Shown here piece after piece: positions 19,087-28,086 of a DNA stretch of 64,000 nt (positions within the stretch are counted from its first letter, which is position 1; each line of letters begins with the position of its first letter). The DNA comes from an uncultured Planctomycetaceae bacterium. Its GTDB lineage: Bacteria; Planctomycetota; Planctomycetia; Planctomycetales; Planctomycetaceae. The stretch is from contig CAWFGE010000020.1 of assembly GCA_963815195.1 (NCBI GenBank), forward strand, positions 224,001-288,000, read 5' to 3'. The position numbers and the translations under genes are program-made. The notes beneath the pieces are model-generated. The model made no database searches. It saw only the letters and a list, made by a program, of their open reading frames with translations, and was not told where the DNA came from.

Positions 19087-20865
19087 CCCGGATTATTCAT
19101 CAGGTCCGTGCGTGGTGAGTATTTCCGTGGCGGAAAGTGCACCGGGTGGTTGGGGAGCGGAGGATGGGCGGACCGCCCCCTTTCCCCCTGGGGCCTGGCG
19201 ATCGTTGGGTGAGTGAAGGAAAGAAACAGAAAGGCGGATGCCACGATGGCGAACTGCTCAGTCCCGAAGAACCAGTTGCTCATGGGCGTGACGTGGGAGA
19301 GGTGTGTAGGGCCGCGGGCGAGCTCCACGCGGACGTGGCCAGAGGTTGGCCAGACGCAGCGATCGGATGCGGGAAGACATCGCGGCCCAAAACGCGCGTC
19401 ACGCTTTCCTCAATGTAAATCACGAGGCGGCGGGAGTGCTTCACGACCCGCGCTCCTGTCCGCAGCACCGACTGCTGGAAACGATGCAAGTCCCAGCAAC
19501 CGCCCAACTCGTCCTCGAACTCGATCCGCAGCATCGACGCCAGGTTGAACGCCAGCAGGCCCAACAGCAACGTCACTTCGTTCTCCGCAAACACCGATGA
19601 CGAAAGACGGCAGCCAATCACCGCGTTGAATTCGCCCAGCCGGTCCTCGAACGTGCCGCGCTTGCGGTAGTGCGACAACACCTCATCCGCCGAGCGTTGC
19701 TCCTCGGTCCAGTTTGTGATCAGGAAGAAGTAACGCGGAAACAGAGCCAGTTGGCCCGTCTTCACATCCGGCTTATCGACGATCACCAGAATCACCCGCT
19801 GCGGATGACGCCAGCCCTCGGCTTGGTACTTTCCGAGTTCGATCACGTCCTCATATCCGCCTTTGGGCGGCCGGCCTACGGGACGTGTCAGATAGGGCGC
19901 GGCCATCTCTTCCAGCACGTTGTTCTTCTTGATTCTCCCGCAAAAACGGATGTTTTCGTCGGTCAACTCATCCAACACCGGGCCGGCGATGAAACCCGCA
20001 TCGATCCGGAGGTCGAAGCTCCACGCCAGTTGCCGGGCCTTGCCGACCACGTTGCGAATAAACCGCCGGATGCCATTGGCCGTATGCACGCTGCCTTGCC
20101 GCAGGATGGCATGAATGAAGCCGTTGCCCAGCCGCTGGCCTTCCCGCGCGCCATCGTAGTCGCCGCCGACCGAGAAACTCGCGACCAGCGGATGATAGAC
20201 CGTCTCTTTATAGTAACCGTTATAGCGGGCCCCCGGCTGCTGGCCATAAACCTGCATCGGGAAACTGTCGATGTCGATGGTGGCGTAGCGGACGCGGCGG
20301 TCGCTGTCGCCGGTGCTTTTGATGTGCCGATGGATCCAGTCGAACAAGGCGCTCCGCACGGCCTCGAGATTCGTCTTGCAGTCGGCCAGCCAATCGATGA
20401 GCCGGGACTGAGTGGGTTGGCTGGCCAGGCGTTGGTTGAGCACTTCTTCGCCGGGCCGGTCCCAGGCGGCCATCTTCATGGCGGGATCATGGGCGAGCCG
20501 GTCGAGATCATCCTGATCGGACTCTCCCAGGGCCATGGCGTAGATTCTTTCCCGCAGCAGTTCGACGCCTTGATAGCGGACGCGGTCTTGCTGGCGAGGA
20601 TCGATCAGTCGATCGGCAAGCGATTCGGTGAGTCCGAGCCGATGATCGAAGTCCCGCAGCAGAACGGCACCGGAGTGTGACGTGAGCCGCCCATCGACGG
20701 CCTTGACCTTGATGGAACGATTGAAATCGGGCTCGAAAATGTTAGGCTGAACTTCACCCATCGCGTGATTCCTCCGTATGGTGTTGGGATTGCATATAAC
20801 ACTTAAACGCAGGGGGTCACGCGATGGTTCCTTCTTTTTTCATCTTTTTTGGTGAATAATCCGGG
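19087..20865 (-). mobile_element. IS1380-family insertion sequence (transposase ~19257-20761, C-terminal frameshift)
   Basis: Perfect 13-bp terminal IRs CCCGGATTATTCA (19087) and TGAATAATCCGGG (20865); transposase motifs LTSHSGAVLL, LASQPTQSR, IDIDS, RIDAGF and YRKRGTFE. Confidence 0.92.
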
Positions 20866-21411
20866 TTCATTGAGCAGGTCATTGAGAAAGTGAAGCGACT
20901 CGACTTGAAGGATCCCGTTAAACAAAATAGTGAAATCACCAAAACCATCATGGACATTACGGTAAAAAGCCTGCAATTTATCGGGTAACAAATCGAATTT
21001 CCTACGCCCTGTGCGAGTCAACTGAGTGAGTCTTACCGGCGAATTGCCTAACGAAAAAACGAATTTGGTTTCGCCACCGATTTCATAGGCATAAAGATAT
21101 ATCAGTGAAGGGCGTTCTTCGGAACATTCCAAGACTCGAATTCCGAGACACATTGTTTTAAGAAAGTTGGAAATCGACGGAACGAGGTCGAGGAAATCTC
21201 CCCAGATCCGACTCCATTCCGGTTCCAACCCCTTCTCCTGAAATTCTAGGGCTTGCTTCCAAGTGCGAGGGACTTTGCGAGGATTCTTGAGGGTTGTCAC
21301 GGATGACGACAATACGCAATCTGATTCAAGTTTCCTGGCACTAACCCGTCGGGACTCTTTCAAGAGTTGTTTGTCAGTTGGGATTTTCATGAGTGCTTTT
21401 TTCCTCAACAC
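20866..21411 (-). CDS. SMI1/KNR4 (SUKH)-like immunity protein, 3' end cut by IS1380
   Basis: LLPDKLQAFYRNVHDGFGDF...GIL motif; directly follows a toxin-tip fragment; AT-rich. Confidence 0.55.
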
Positions 21412-21595
21412 GATTCGTCCGGATCCTTCGATTCATTCAACAAAGACCGGATCTTTTTTGAGATGGCTTTTCTCGCATTGCCTTCCTCTATAATCATTCG
21501 TTTTTTGAAGGACTTGCTAACTGGAAATTCAGGGTCAAGCCGAGTTCCTGTTCCTTGAAACCCCGTCCATGTTACAAATGATTCGTCTTGTATCG
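21405..21595 (-). pseudogene. Orphan C-terminal (putative toxin tip) fragment
   Basis: Open frame ...SIQDESFVTWTGFQG...DPDESC* begins at the repeat boundary; its stop overlaps the immunity gene start. Confidence 0.4.
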
Positions 21596-21696
21596 AAGTT
21601 TTTGTAGGGCAGGCTCCCGCCTGCCTTTTTCCGTTATTTGGCAATCGTCAATCAATAGAAAATAGAAGGCAGGCAGGAGCCTGCCCTACTCGACTC
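21596..21696. repeat. REP doublet (REPIN-like) copy 1, GTAG family
   Basis: AAGTTTTT + GTAGGGCAGGCTCCCGCCTGCC...GGCAGGCAGGAGCCTGCCCTAC (86 bp, 21604-21689) + TCGACTC. Confidence 0.9.
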
Positions 21697-21839
21697 AAAT
21701 CCTCGGCTTTGAGTGCTTGTTGGAATATGGGTGATAGTTGTTCGGTTGTGTTCGCACGAGTTATAACTTGTTGTTGCATTGACTTTAACCCTCAGGTGAT
21801 CGAATAGATCGGATAAATACGCGACGATGTTGTCACGAT

Positions 21840-21939
21840 CATTAATCAACAACGGCATTTGGCAATAGCAGGAAAACGTCAACTCGTGACAATCCGCTGG
21901 CTCATGGTAGTGCTTAACAGCCTTTCGATGTCCCACCAT
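21840..21939 (-). pseudogene. RAYT/Y1-transposase N-terminal fragment
   Basis: HRKAVKHYHEPADCHELTFSCYCQMPLL resembles REP-associated tyrosine transposase N-termini. Confidence 0.55.
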
Positions 21940-22072
21940 CCTCGATTCAGCCTCTTAGATTGCGCAATTTGCCTCCCATAGCCTCCGGCCACCAAACACT
22001 GGCGTGAAAAAGGACGTCCCATCAGCCACATAGTATCGATGATAATTCGGCATACTTGAGGTGTCCCCTAAA

Positions 22073-22094
22073 TCGATGGTCTGCACAGCCCTAC
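22073..22094 (-). repeat. Degenerate GTAG-type REP, related to the copy at 62285-62309
   Basis: TCGATGGTCTGCACAGC---CCTAC versus TCGATGGTCCGCACAGCGGACCCTA. Confidence 0.6.
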
Positions 22095-22135
22095 TTGGCT
22101 CCTAGAAAACAAGGGTAACTGCATTGAGTGCGTTC

Positions 22136-22621
22136 CTATGCCTTTTCCTGAGGCCGTTCAGAATCTGGAAGATACTCAGTAAGCGCGTCTTCTACATCGA
22201 CTACGTATTCGTAAATTTGAAAAGCATCGCACGTGGGGCGAAATTTGACAGTAGCAGATGTTTGAGTTGGTTCGATAACAATCTGCACCATAAAGTGAAC
22301 TTCCGTGACGCCAGACACTGTGTCTTTGCGTTGTATTAATACACATCATTTGCCGTGATTCCAATAGCAACGTTGTTCAAATCGTTGGCTGTTTTCAGCC
22401 GGATCGTCGATCTGAACTTCTATCGTGCTGATTTCAGCACATGGAACGTCTATGTACTTTCGAAAGTCTAAATACTTTTCGACAAAATAGATATCTATCC
22501 TCTCGGCTGGTTTCCGATCTCGAAGGTCAAAAAATTCTTCCGCAGTAAAAACAATGTTATGCCATTCGGCTTCTTTGTGTTTCTTATACCTAAACGAAAT
22601 CATTACATTATCGGCTCTCAT
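22136..22621 (-). CDS. Putative immunity protein, split into ORFs 22346-22621 and 22136-22318; homologous to 62486-62968
   Basis: Shares Y-x6-W, EFFDL/EYFDL, YIDVP/YLGVP and YWNHG/FWSGG with the 62.5-kb protein; lies downstream of a toxin tip. Confidence 0.55.
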
Positions 22622-22732
22622 TCTATTTGATCCATTTCGTATGATCTTGGGGCAAAGACTTGCCCACTTGGCGCGATGTGAGATTCACCGTAAATGAAAT
22701 ACAAAAACGGTCCAGAATAAATCCTGCTGATC

Positions 22733-22918
22733 TCAGTTAAGTTTTCTACCTTCGTAATACCTTCCTAACAGGCGACGTAATTTGGTGGCTTGTCCCGGTG
22801 TTAAATTGCCAGAAACCTCGCGATTATTTATTTCTTCTAGCAGTTGGCGGCGTGTCAGTTTACGTCGCCTTATGTCGTCGCCGCTAAACGGACTCCAATT
22901 AGCTGAATTGAACTCATC
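22733..22918 (-). pseudogene. Orphan toxin C-terminal tip ending ...YYEGRKLN
   Basis: Begins at the REP boundary; its C-terminus resembles ...AFEGRDLG of the HINT-toxin at 62987. Confidence 0.5.
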
Positions 22919-23092
22919 AAGTTTTTGTAGGGCAGGCTCCCGCCTGCCTTTTTCCGTTATTTGGCAATCGTCAATCAATAGAAAATAGAAGGCAGGCAGG
23001 AGCCTGCCCTACTCGACTGCCTTTTTCCGTTATTTGGCAATCGTCAATCAATAGAAAATAGAAGGCAGGCAGGAGCCTGCCCTACTCGACTC
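22919..23092. repeat. REP doublet copy 2 (22919-23018) and partial tandem copy 3 (23017-23092)
   Basis: Identical to 21596-21696 including flanks; copy 3 lacks most of the left arm. Confidence 0.9.
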
Positions 23093-23369
23093 CGAGCGCC
23101 AGCCAGTTTTTTGTAAATTCCTTCTTGATCCAACCCCACCGTGTGGAGTAGGCCTTATCGCCGGGCGGCAGCGACCAGATGGCGTGCAGATGGTCGTGAA
23201 ACAGCACAAGTGCGTTGATCGTGAACGGCCATTTCATCCGGCAGCGGCGAATGATGCTGCCGAGCATGGGCCGCGCCGGGATGCCCGTCAAAAAGCGTGC
23301 CCGACGGTCGGAGACGATCGTGAAAAAGAATGAGCCTCCGGGAACATGGGCGCGTCGCCAGTTGGGCAT
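23082..23369 (-). mobile_element. RAYT (REP-associated HUH tyrosine transposase), 3'-truncated
   Basis: MPNWRR...GGSFFFTIV...WPFTINALVLFHDHLHAIW.LP.GD..YS.RW..IK; the stop TAG comes from the REP GTAG; the catalytic-Tyr region is absent. Confidence 0.85.
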
Positions 23370-23392
23370 GATCGTCGTTCTCCTCATCGAAA

Positions 23393-23413
23393 GGCCGGCA
23401 CAGCCGGCCCTAC
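23393..23413 (-). repeat. GTAG-type REP immediately upstream of RAYT
   Basis: Minus strand reads GTAGGGCCGGCTGTGCCGGCC (hairpin). Confidence 0.7.
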
Positions 23414-23534
23414 GTTACTGGTGTTTTTGAACAAAGGCGGCATAATCATGCCTTGCCGATAATTCTTATCTTAAAAACCATCGTAACGGCCATCGCTCGC
23501 GCATGGCAATCGGACGGAAAGAAAGGCACGATCG

Positions 23535-25029
23535 GTGCTCTGGCGTTTGCTGCAACTTCAGGTTTTGACGCCCTGGTTTTTGGGCATGGTGCTGGGGACG
23601 TTCGTGGGAGCCACGCCCGGCTTGACGGCGACGATGGCCGTCGCGCTCATCGTGCCCATCAGTTACCACCTCGATCCCACGGCGGGGTTGGCGATGATTA
23701 TCGGCGTGAGCTTCACCGCGATCTTCGCCGGCGACATCCCGGCCACCTATTTGCGGATCCCCGGCACCCCCGCGTCCGCCGCCGCGACCTTGGACGGCCA
23801 CGAACTCGCCAAGAAAGGCAAAGGCCAACTGGCCCTGTTGCTCGATTTGTTCTGCAGCGGCCTGGGCGGGCTCATCGGCGTGACGATGCTGATTTTCATC
23901 GCCCCGCAACTCGCGAGGTTTGCCCTCCAGTTCGGCGACTACGAATACTTCTGGCTCGCCGTCTTGGGGCTGGCGATGAGCGCGCTCGTCAGTATGGGCC
24001 AGACCAGCAAAGGCCTATTGTCCGCCGCCTTGGGCATGTTCGTGGCGACGGTGGGGCAGGATCAGGTCACTTACGTTTCGCGGTACACCTTCGGCAACGT
24101 GGATGCTCGGGCCGGGCTGCATTTCATTCCGGTGATGATCGGCATGTTTGGGCTTTCGGAAGTTTTGCGGAACGTGCGGCATCCCGAGCGGCTCGCGATG
24201 TCGGCTGCTTCCGAAGCGAAAAACAACTCGATCGGTGAAACCTTCGCGGAGATTCTGGATCAAACGCTGGACCGTTTTGAAATCTGCGATTGTGGGGACG
24301 ATCATCGGCGCACTCCCCGGCGCGGGGGCCGACATCGCGGCGTGGGGCGCCTACGGCATCGCCAAGCGGACGTCCCGAAACGGCGAGGAATTCGGCCACG
24401 GTTCGACCGAAGGCGTGATCGCCCCCACCAGCGCGAACAACGCGGCCGTCGCCGGGGCCTGGATCCCCGCGCTCGTGTTCGGCATCCCGGGCGACGCGGT
24501 GACGGCGATCGTGCTCGGCGTGCTCGTGACGCAGGGGATTCGGCCGGGGCCGATGTTGTTCAAGGAATCCGGCGGACTTTTGGATGCCATCTTCGCCATC
24601 GCCCTCATCACGCAGTTCCTGTTGATCCCCTGCGGCTATGCGGGCATCAAGTTCTTCGCGTGGATCCTCAAGCTGCCCCGGCACATTGTGTTGGTCTCGG
24701 TCCTGGTGTTTTCCATCGTCGGCGCGTTCGCCCTCCACAACAGCCTGTTCGATGTGTATGTGATGATTGCCTTTGGCATCGTGGGCTTCTTTTTGGAAGC
24801 CTGCCGAGTCCCGTTGGCTCCGATGATCCTCGGCTTGATCTTGGGTCCTTTGGTCGAAGAAAAACTCCGCGCCGCCCTCATCGCCAGCCAAGGCAGCCTG
24901 GAACCCTTCTTCACCCGCCCGATCTGCGTGAGCTTGATTGCGATCCTCGCGGCGACGTTATTAGCAAGGCCGATCGGCTATTTGATCGCCCGCGCATTGG
25001 GCCGTCAGAACACGGGCCCAGACGTCTAG
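23535..25029 (+). CDS. tctA: Tripartite tricarboxylate transporter large permease (frameshift ~24258; start uncertain)
   Basis: GATPGLTATMAVAL, RIPGTPASAAATLDG, ANNAAVAGAWIPALVFGIPG and APMILGLILG. Confidence 0.85.
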
Positions 25030-25193
25030 ACGCAAGTCCATATGGCTGGGCCAACGAATATCGCCCAACGTGGCATCCGTTTTTTTTCAAAAAATCTCGG
25101 CGACGCTGTCGATTCGGCCGCAGCTTATTCGACCAATGAGTGAAAGCCGGAGTTTTTGGCGTTTACAACCGGATTCTTACGAAAGGTTCACCC

Positions 25194-25550
25194 ATGAAAT
25201 ATCTCATTCTGCTCTACGCGGAAGAAGGCGCTTGGCCGCCTGATGAGCACCGCGTGGCCCTCCAGGAATCGATCGACATCTGCCACCAACTCCACGCGGA
25301 GGGGCAGTACCGGGACGCCTCCCCCTTGCAGCCCCCGTCCACGGCGACCTGCGTTCGCGTCCGCGACGGCAAGCCCCTCCTCCACGATGGCCCCTATGCG
25401 GAAACGAAGGAGCTGTTGGGCGGATATTTCCTGATCGATGTCGAAAACCTGGATGAGGCGATTGCGATCGCGGCGCGGATTCCGGGCGCCCGGCGAGGAA
25501 CCGCAGAGATCCGCCCCCTCATGGAAGTCCAAGGACTGCCCCAACTTTAG
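25194..25550 (+). CDS. YciI/DGPF family protein
   Basis: DGPYAETKELLGGYFLIDV and EIRP. Confidence 0.88.
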   Translation: MKYLILLYAEEGAWPPDEHRVALQESIDICHQLHAEGQYRDASPLQPPSTATCVRVRDGKPLLHDGPYAETKELLGGYFLIDVENLDEAIAIAARIPGARRGTAEIRPLMEVQGLPQL

Positions 25551-25573
25551 ATTTTGATCGGAGACTGGAATCA

Positions 25574-26008
25574 ATGAAACCGCGAACCAAACGAACCATC
25601 GGCTGGGTGATGAGCGGGCTTTTGTCCGCGTTCCTGATCTTCGGCAGCGCGTCGGGGAAATTTCTCGACTGGGAGGGAAAAGCCGCCATGTTCGAACACC
25701 TCGGGTATTCGATCCCGCTCATGCAAAAGATCGGCATCGTGGAAGTCGCCTTGGCCATCTTGTTTCTGATTCCGAGAGCCGGTTTTCTCGCGGCGATTTT
25801 GTTGACCGCTTACCTGGGCGGCGCGACGGCCACGCACGTCCGTGTCGCCGATCCGTTCTTTATGCCAATTCTGATGGGGATCTTTCTTTGGGTCAGTTAC
25901 GGACTCAGGCGGCCGGAGGTATTCTCCCTGGCCGTCGGTTCGCATCCGCCGATGGGCGACTCGACTTCAACGTCCACGTCCACTCTTCCACAAAAGGAAA
26001 CCGCATGA
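25574..26008 (+). CDS. DoxX-like membrane protein
   Basis: LFLIPR...ILLTAYLGGATATHVR. Confidence 0.8.
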   Translation: MKPRTKRTIGWVMSGLLSAFLIFGSASGKFLDWEGKAAMFEHLGYSIPLMQKIGIVEVALAILFLIPRAGFLAAILLTAYLGGATATHVRVADPFFMPILMGIFLWVSYGLRRPEVFSLAVGSHPPMGDSTSTSTSTLPQKETA

Positions 26009-26430
26009 CGACTGCATCCATTACGCCGTACCTTTTCTTCTCCGGCCGCTGCGAGGAGGCGCTCGATTTTTACAAAAAGGCCCTGGGGGCCGAGGTCGAG
26101 ATGCTGATGCACCACAAGGACAGCCCGGACGCCCCGCCGCCCGGCATGTTGCAAGCCGGCTTTGAAGACAAAGTGATGCACGCCACGTTTCGCATCGGCG
26201 GTGCCACGCTGATGGCCTCGGACGGCTCGGGCGACAAATCCCGATTCGAAGGCTTTCGGCTCTCGCTGGCATTTGCGACGGAAGACGAAGCCAAAAAAGC
26301 CTTCGCCTCGCTCTCGGACGGCGGCGAAGTCGCGCTGCCGCTCACGAAGACATTCTGGTCCCCGTGTTTCGGCATGGTGACCGACCGCTTCGGGGTGGGC
26401 TGGATGATCACAATCGCGGCGGCAAGCTGA
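26005..26430 (+). CDS. VOC/PhnB family protein
   Basis: PYLFFSGRCEEALDFY, VMHA and FWSPCFGMVTDRFGVGWMI. Confidence 0.88.
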   Translation: MTTASITPYLFFSGRCEEALDFYKKALGAEVEMLMHHKDSPDAPPPGMLQAGFEDKVMHATFRIGGATLMASDGSGDKSRFEGFRLSLAFATEDEAKKAFASLSDGGEVALPLTKTFWSPCFGMVTDRFGVGWMITIAAAS

Positions 26431-26449
26431 CTGACAACGCGTTTGAAAA

Positions 26450-26598
26450 CCTGAGCGGTAGGCGCTAGCCTCCGGCTTGTGAGCGGTAGGCTAGCGTGCG
26501 TAGCCTCCGGCTTGTGAGCGGTACGGCTGTGACGTAGCCTCCGGTTTCGGTGGACGGATATTAAAAATCGGCCGGCGGCTAGCGCCGTTCCGCTCAGG
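26450..26598. repeat. REP-like element with a triplicated left arm (TGAGCGG family)
   Basis: Three imperfect TGAGCGGTA...TAGCCTCCGG units and an inverted arm CCGGCGGCTAGCGCCGTTCCGCTCAGG; related copies at ~45270 and 48121-48424. Confidence 0.65.
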
Positions 26599-26766
26599 TT
26601 TGCAGAGGACTCCATTTTCCCACACGTTCCAAATCTCGGGCAGACATTTTCCGCTCGGTGCGTTGCGCAGCTTGCCTGGAACCGGTAGACTGTTATTTAC
26701 CCGAGGGCGACTTCCATTTCTCCAAGCCGAGATTCCATCGGCGAAACGATCAACGGGAGCGATTCC

Positions 26767-27666
26767 ATGAAAGCAGCTTGCCTGGCCTTCGTTTTGATTT
26801 TCGCCGCCAGCGCCGTTGCGCAAGACGCCAGACCGCCGCAGGAAGGACGCCGGCAACGGCCGCGCGGATTCGGCCGGCCGATCGTCCTCAATCCGGATGA
26901 TGTCCCGGCGTTTTCCGAGCCGCCGAAGGGGTTCGACCGGAAGCGAGAGGACATTCCGCACGGGCAACTCGAGATGATCGAGTACGACTCGAAGACCGTC
27001 GGCACACGCCGGAAGATGCAAGTTTACACTCCGCCGGGCTATACGAAGGAGAAGAAATACCCGGTGCTTTACCTGCTCCACGGAATCGGCGGCGACGAAA
27101 CCGAATGGGAGCGGTTTGCCCATCCCGGCACCCTGCTCGACAACCTGATTGCCGACGGGAAAGCCGTGCCCATGATTGTCGTCATGCCCAACGGCCGGGC
27201 CCAGAAAAACGACCGAGCCGAGGGAAACGTCTTCGCATCGGCGCCGGCCTTTGAAAAATTCGAGCGGGATCTGCTGGACGATGTGATTCCCACGATCGAG
27301 TCGCGGTACAGCACGTTGCCCAACCGCGAGAACCGCGCCTTGGCGGGACTTTCAATGGGCGGGGGCCAATCGCTCAACTTCGGACTCGCGCACCTGGATA
27401 CGTTTGCGTGGATCGGCGGCTTTTCCTCGGCACCGAACACCAAAAAGCCTGCGGAACTCGTGCCGGATCCGGACGCGGCCAAGAAACTCAAACTGCTGTG
27501 GCTCTCGTGCGGCAGCGAGGATCGGCTCATCGGCATCAGCCAGGGCGCTCACGCCTACCTCAAGGAAAAAGAAGTCCCCCACGTCTGGCACGTGGCCAAG
27601 CACGGACACGATCCCGCGGAATGGAAGCAGGCGTTGTATTACTTCGTGCAAAAAGTCTTTCAGTAA
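26767..27666 (+). CDS. Secreted esterase (alpha/beta hydrolase, XynZ/Fes-like)
   Basis: Signal peptide; YPVLYLLHGIGG and GLSMGG nucleophile elbow. Confidence 0.88.
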   Translation: MKAACLAFVLIFAASAVAQDARPPQEGRRQRPRGFGRPIVLNPDDVPAFSEPPKGFDRKREDIPHGQLEMIEYDSKTVGTRRKMQVYTPPGYTKEKKYPVLYLLHGIGGDETEWERFAHPGTLLDNLIADGKAVPMIVVMPNGRAQKNDRAEGNVFASAPAFEKFERDLLDDVIPTIESRYSTLPNRENRALAGLSMGGGQSLNFGLAHLDTFAWIGGFSSAPNTKKPAELVPDPDAAKKLKLLWLSCGSEDRLIGISQGAHAYLKEKEVPHVWHVAKHGHDPAEWKQALYYFVQKVFQ

Positions 27667-28086
27667 AAGAAATCTGGGCCTGTTCGCTCCGCGAGTTTCC
27701 CGAGGGAATTCCGATGACGAGATTATATTTCCCCGTCGTGGCGGCTTTGCTTGTGCCGTTTCTCGTTGCCCCAGTGCCGGCCGAAGAGCCGCCGATTGCC
27801 AACGGGGAATTCCAATGGTATCGCCTTGAGGATTGTTCGCCGCCTCGCTCACTTGAGGCGCCGCAAAACACAAGGCGAAACACCAGATTGACCGCCAACA
27901 CCTTCGCATGGGGACCTCCAGAATGATGGAATAGGAAGCGTCGATTTTCCATCAGACACGGACGATCCCCGCCTGGAAACCTAACTCAGATTGGCGTTTT
28001 TTTCGAGTCGAGCACTGGCCCGCGCAAAAAGAAACCGGCCCTTCGGGGAGAGCCGGTTTCGCGATTGGAGAGTGAGGCAGCGGAGC

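Noticed and set aside
21596..23092. Direct repeats considered as a CRISPR array
   Set aside because: Units are ~100 bp with spacers of 0 and ~1.2 kb, there are no cas genes, and the structure is a GTAG REP doublet next to a RAYT.
7945..23413. Intact prophage
   Set aside because: No terminase, capsid, portal or replication genes were recognised; it is better described as a degraded integrative island.
23436..23452. GGCGGCATAATCATG as a possible attR copy of the tRNA anticodon region
   Set aside because: Only ~7 bp (CATAATC) match; no convincing duplicate of the tRNA 3' end was seen in the window.
27713..27926. Short signal-peptide ORF (MTRLYFPVVAALL...)
   Set aside because: Possibly a truncated secreted-protein gene, but too short to assign a family.
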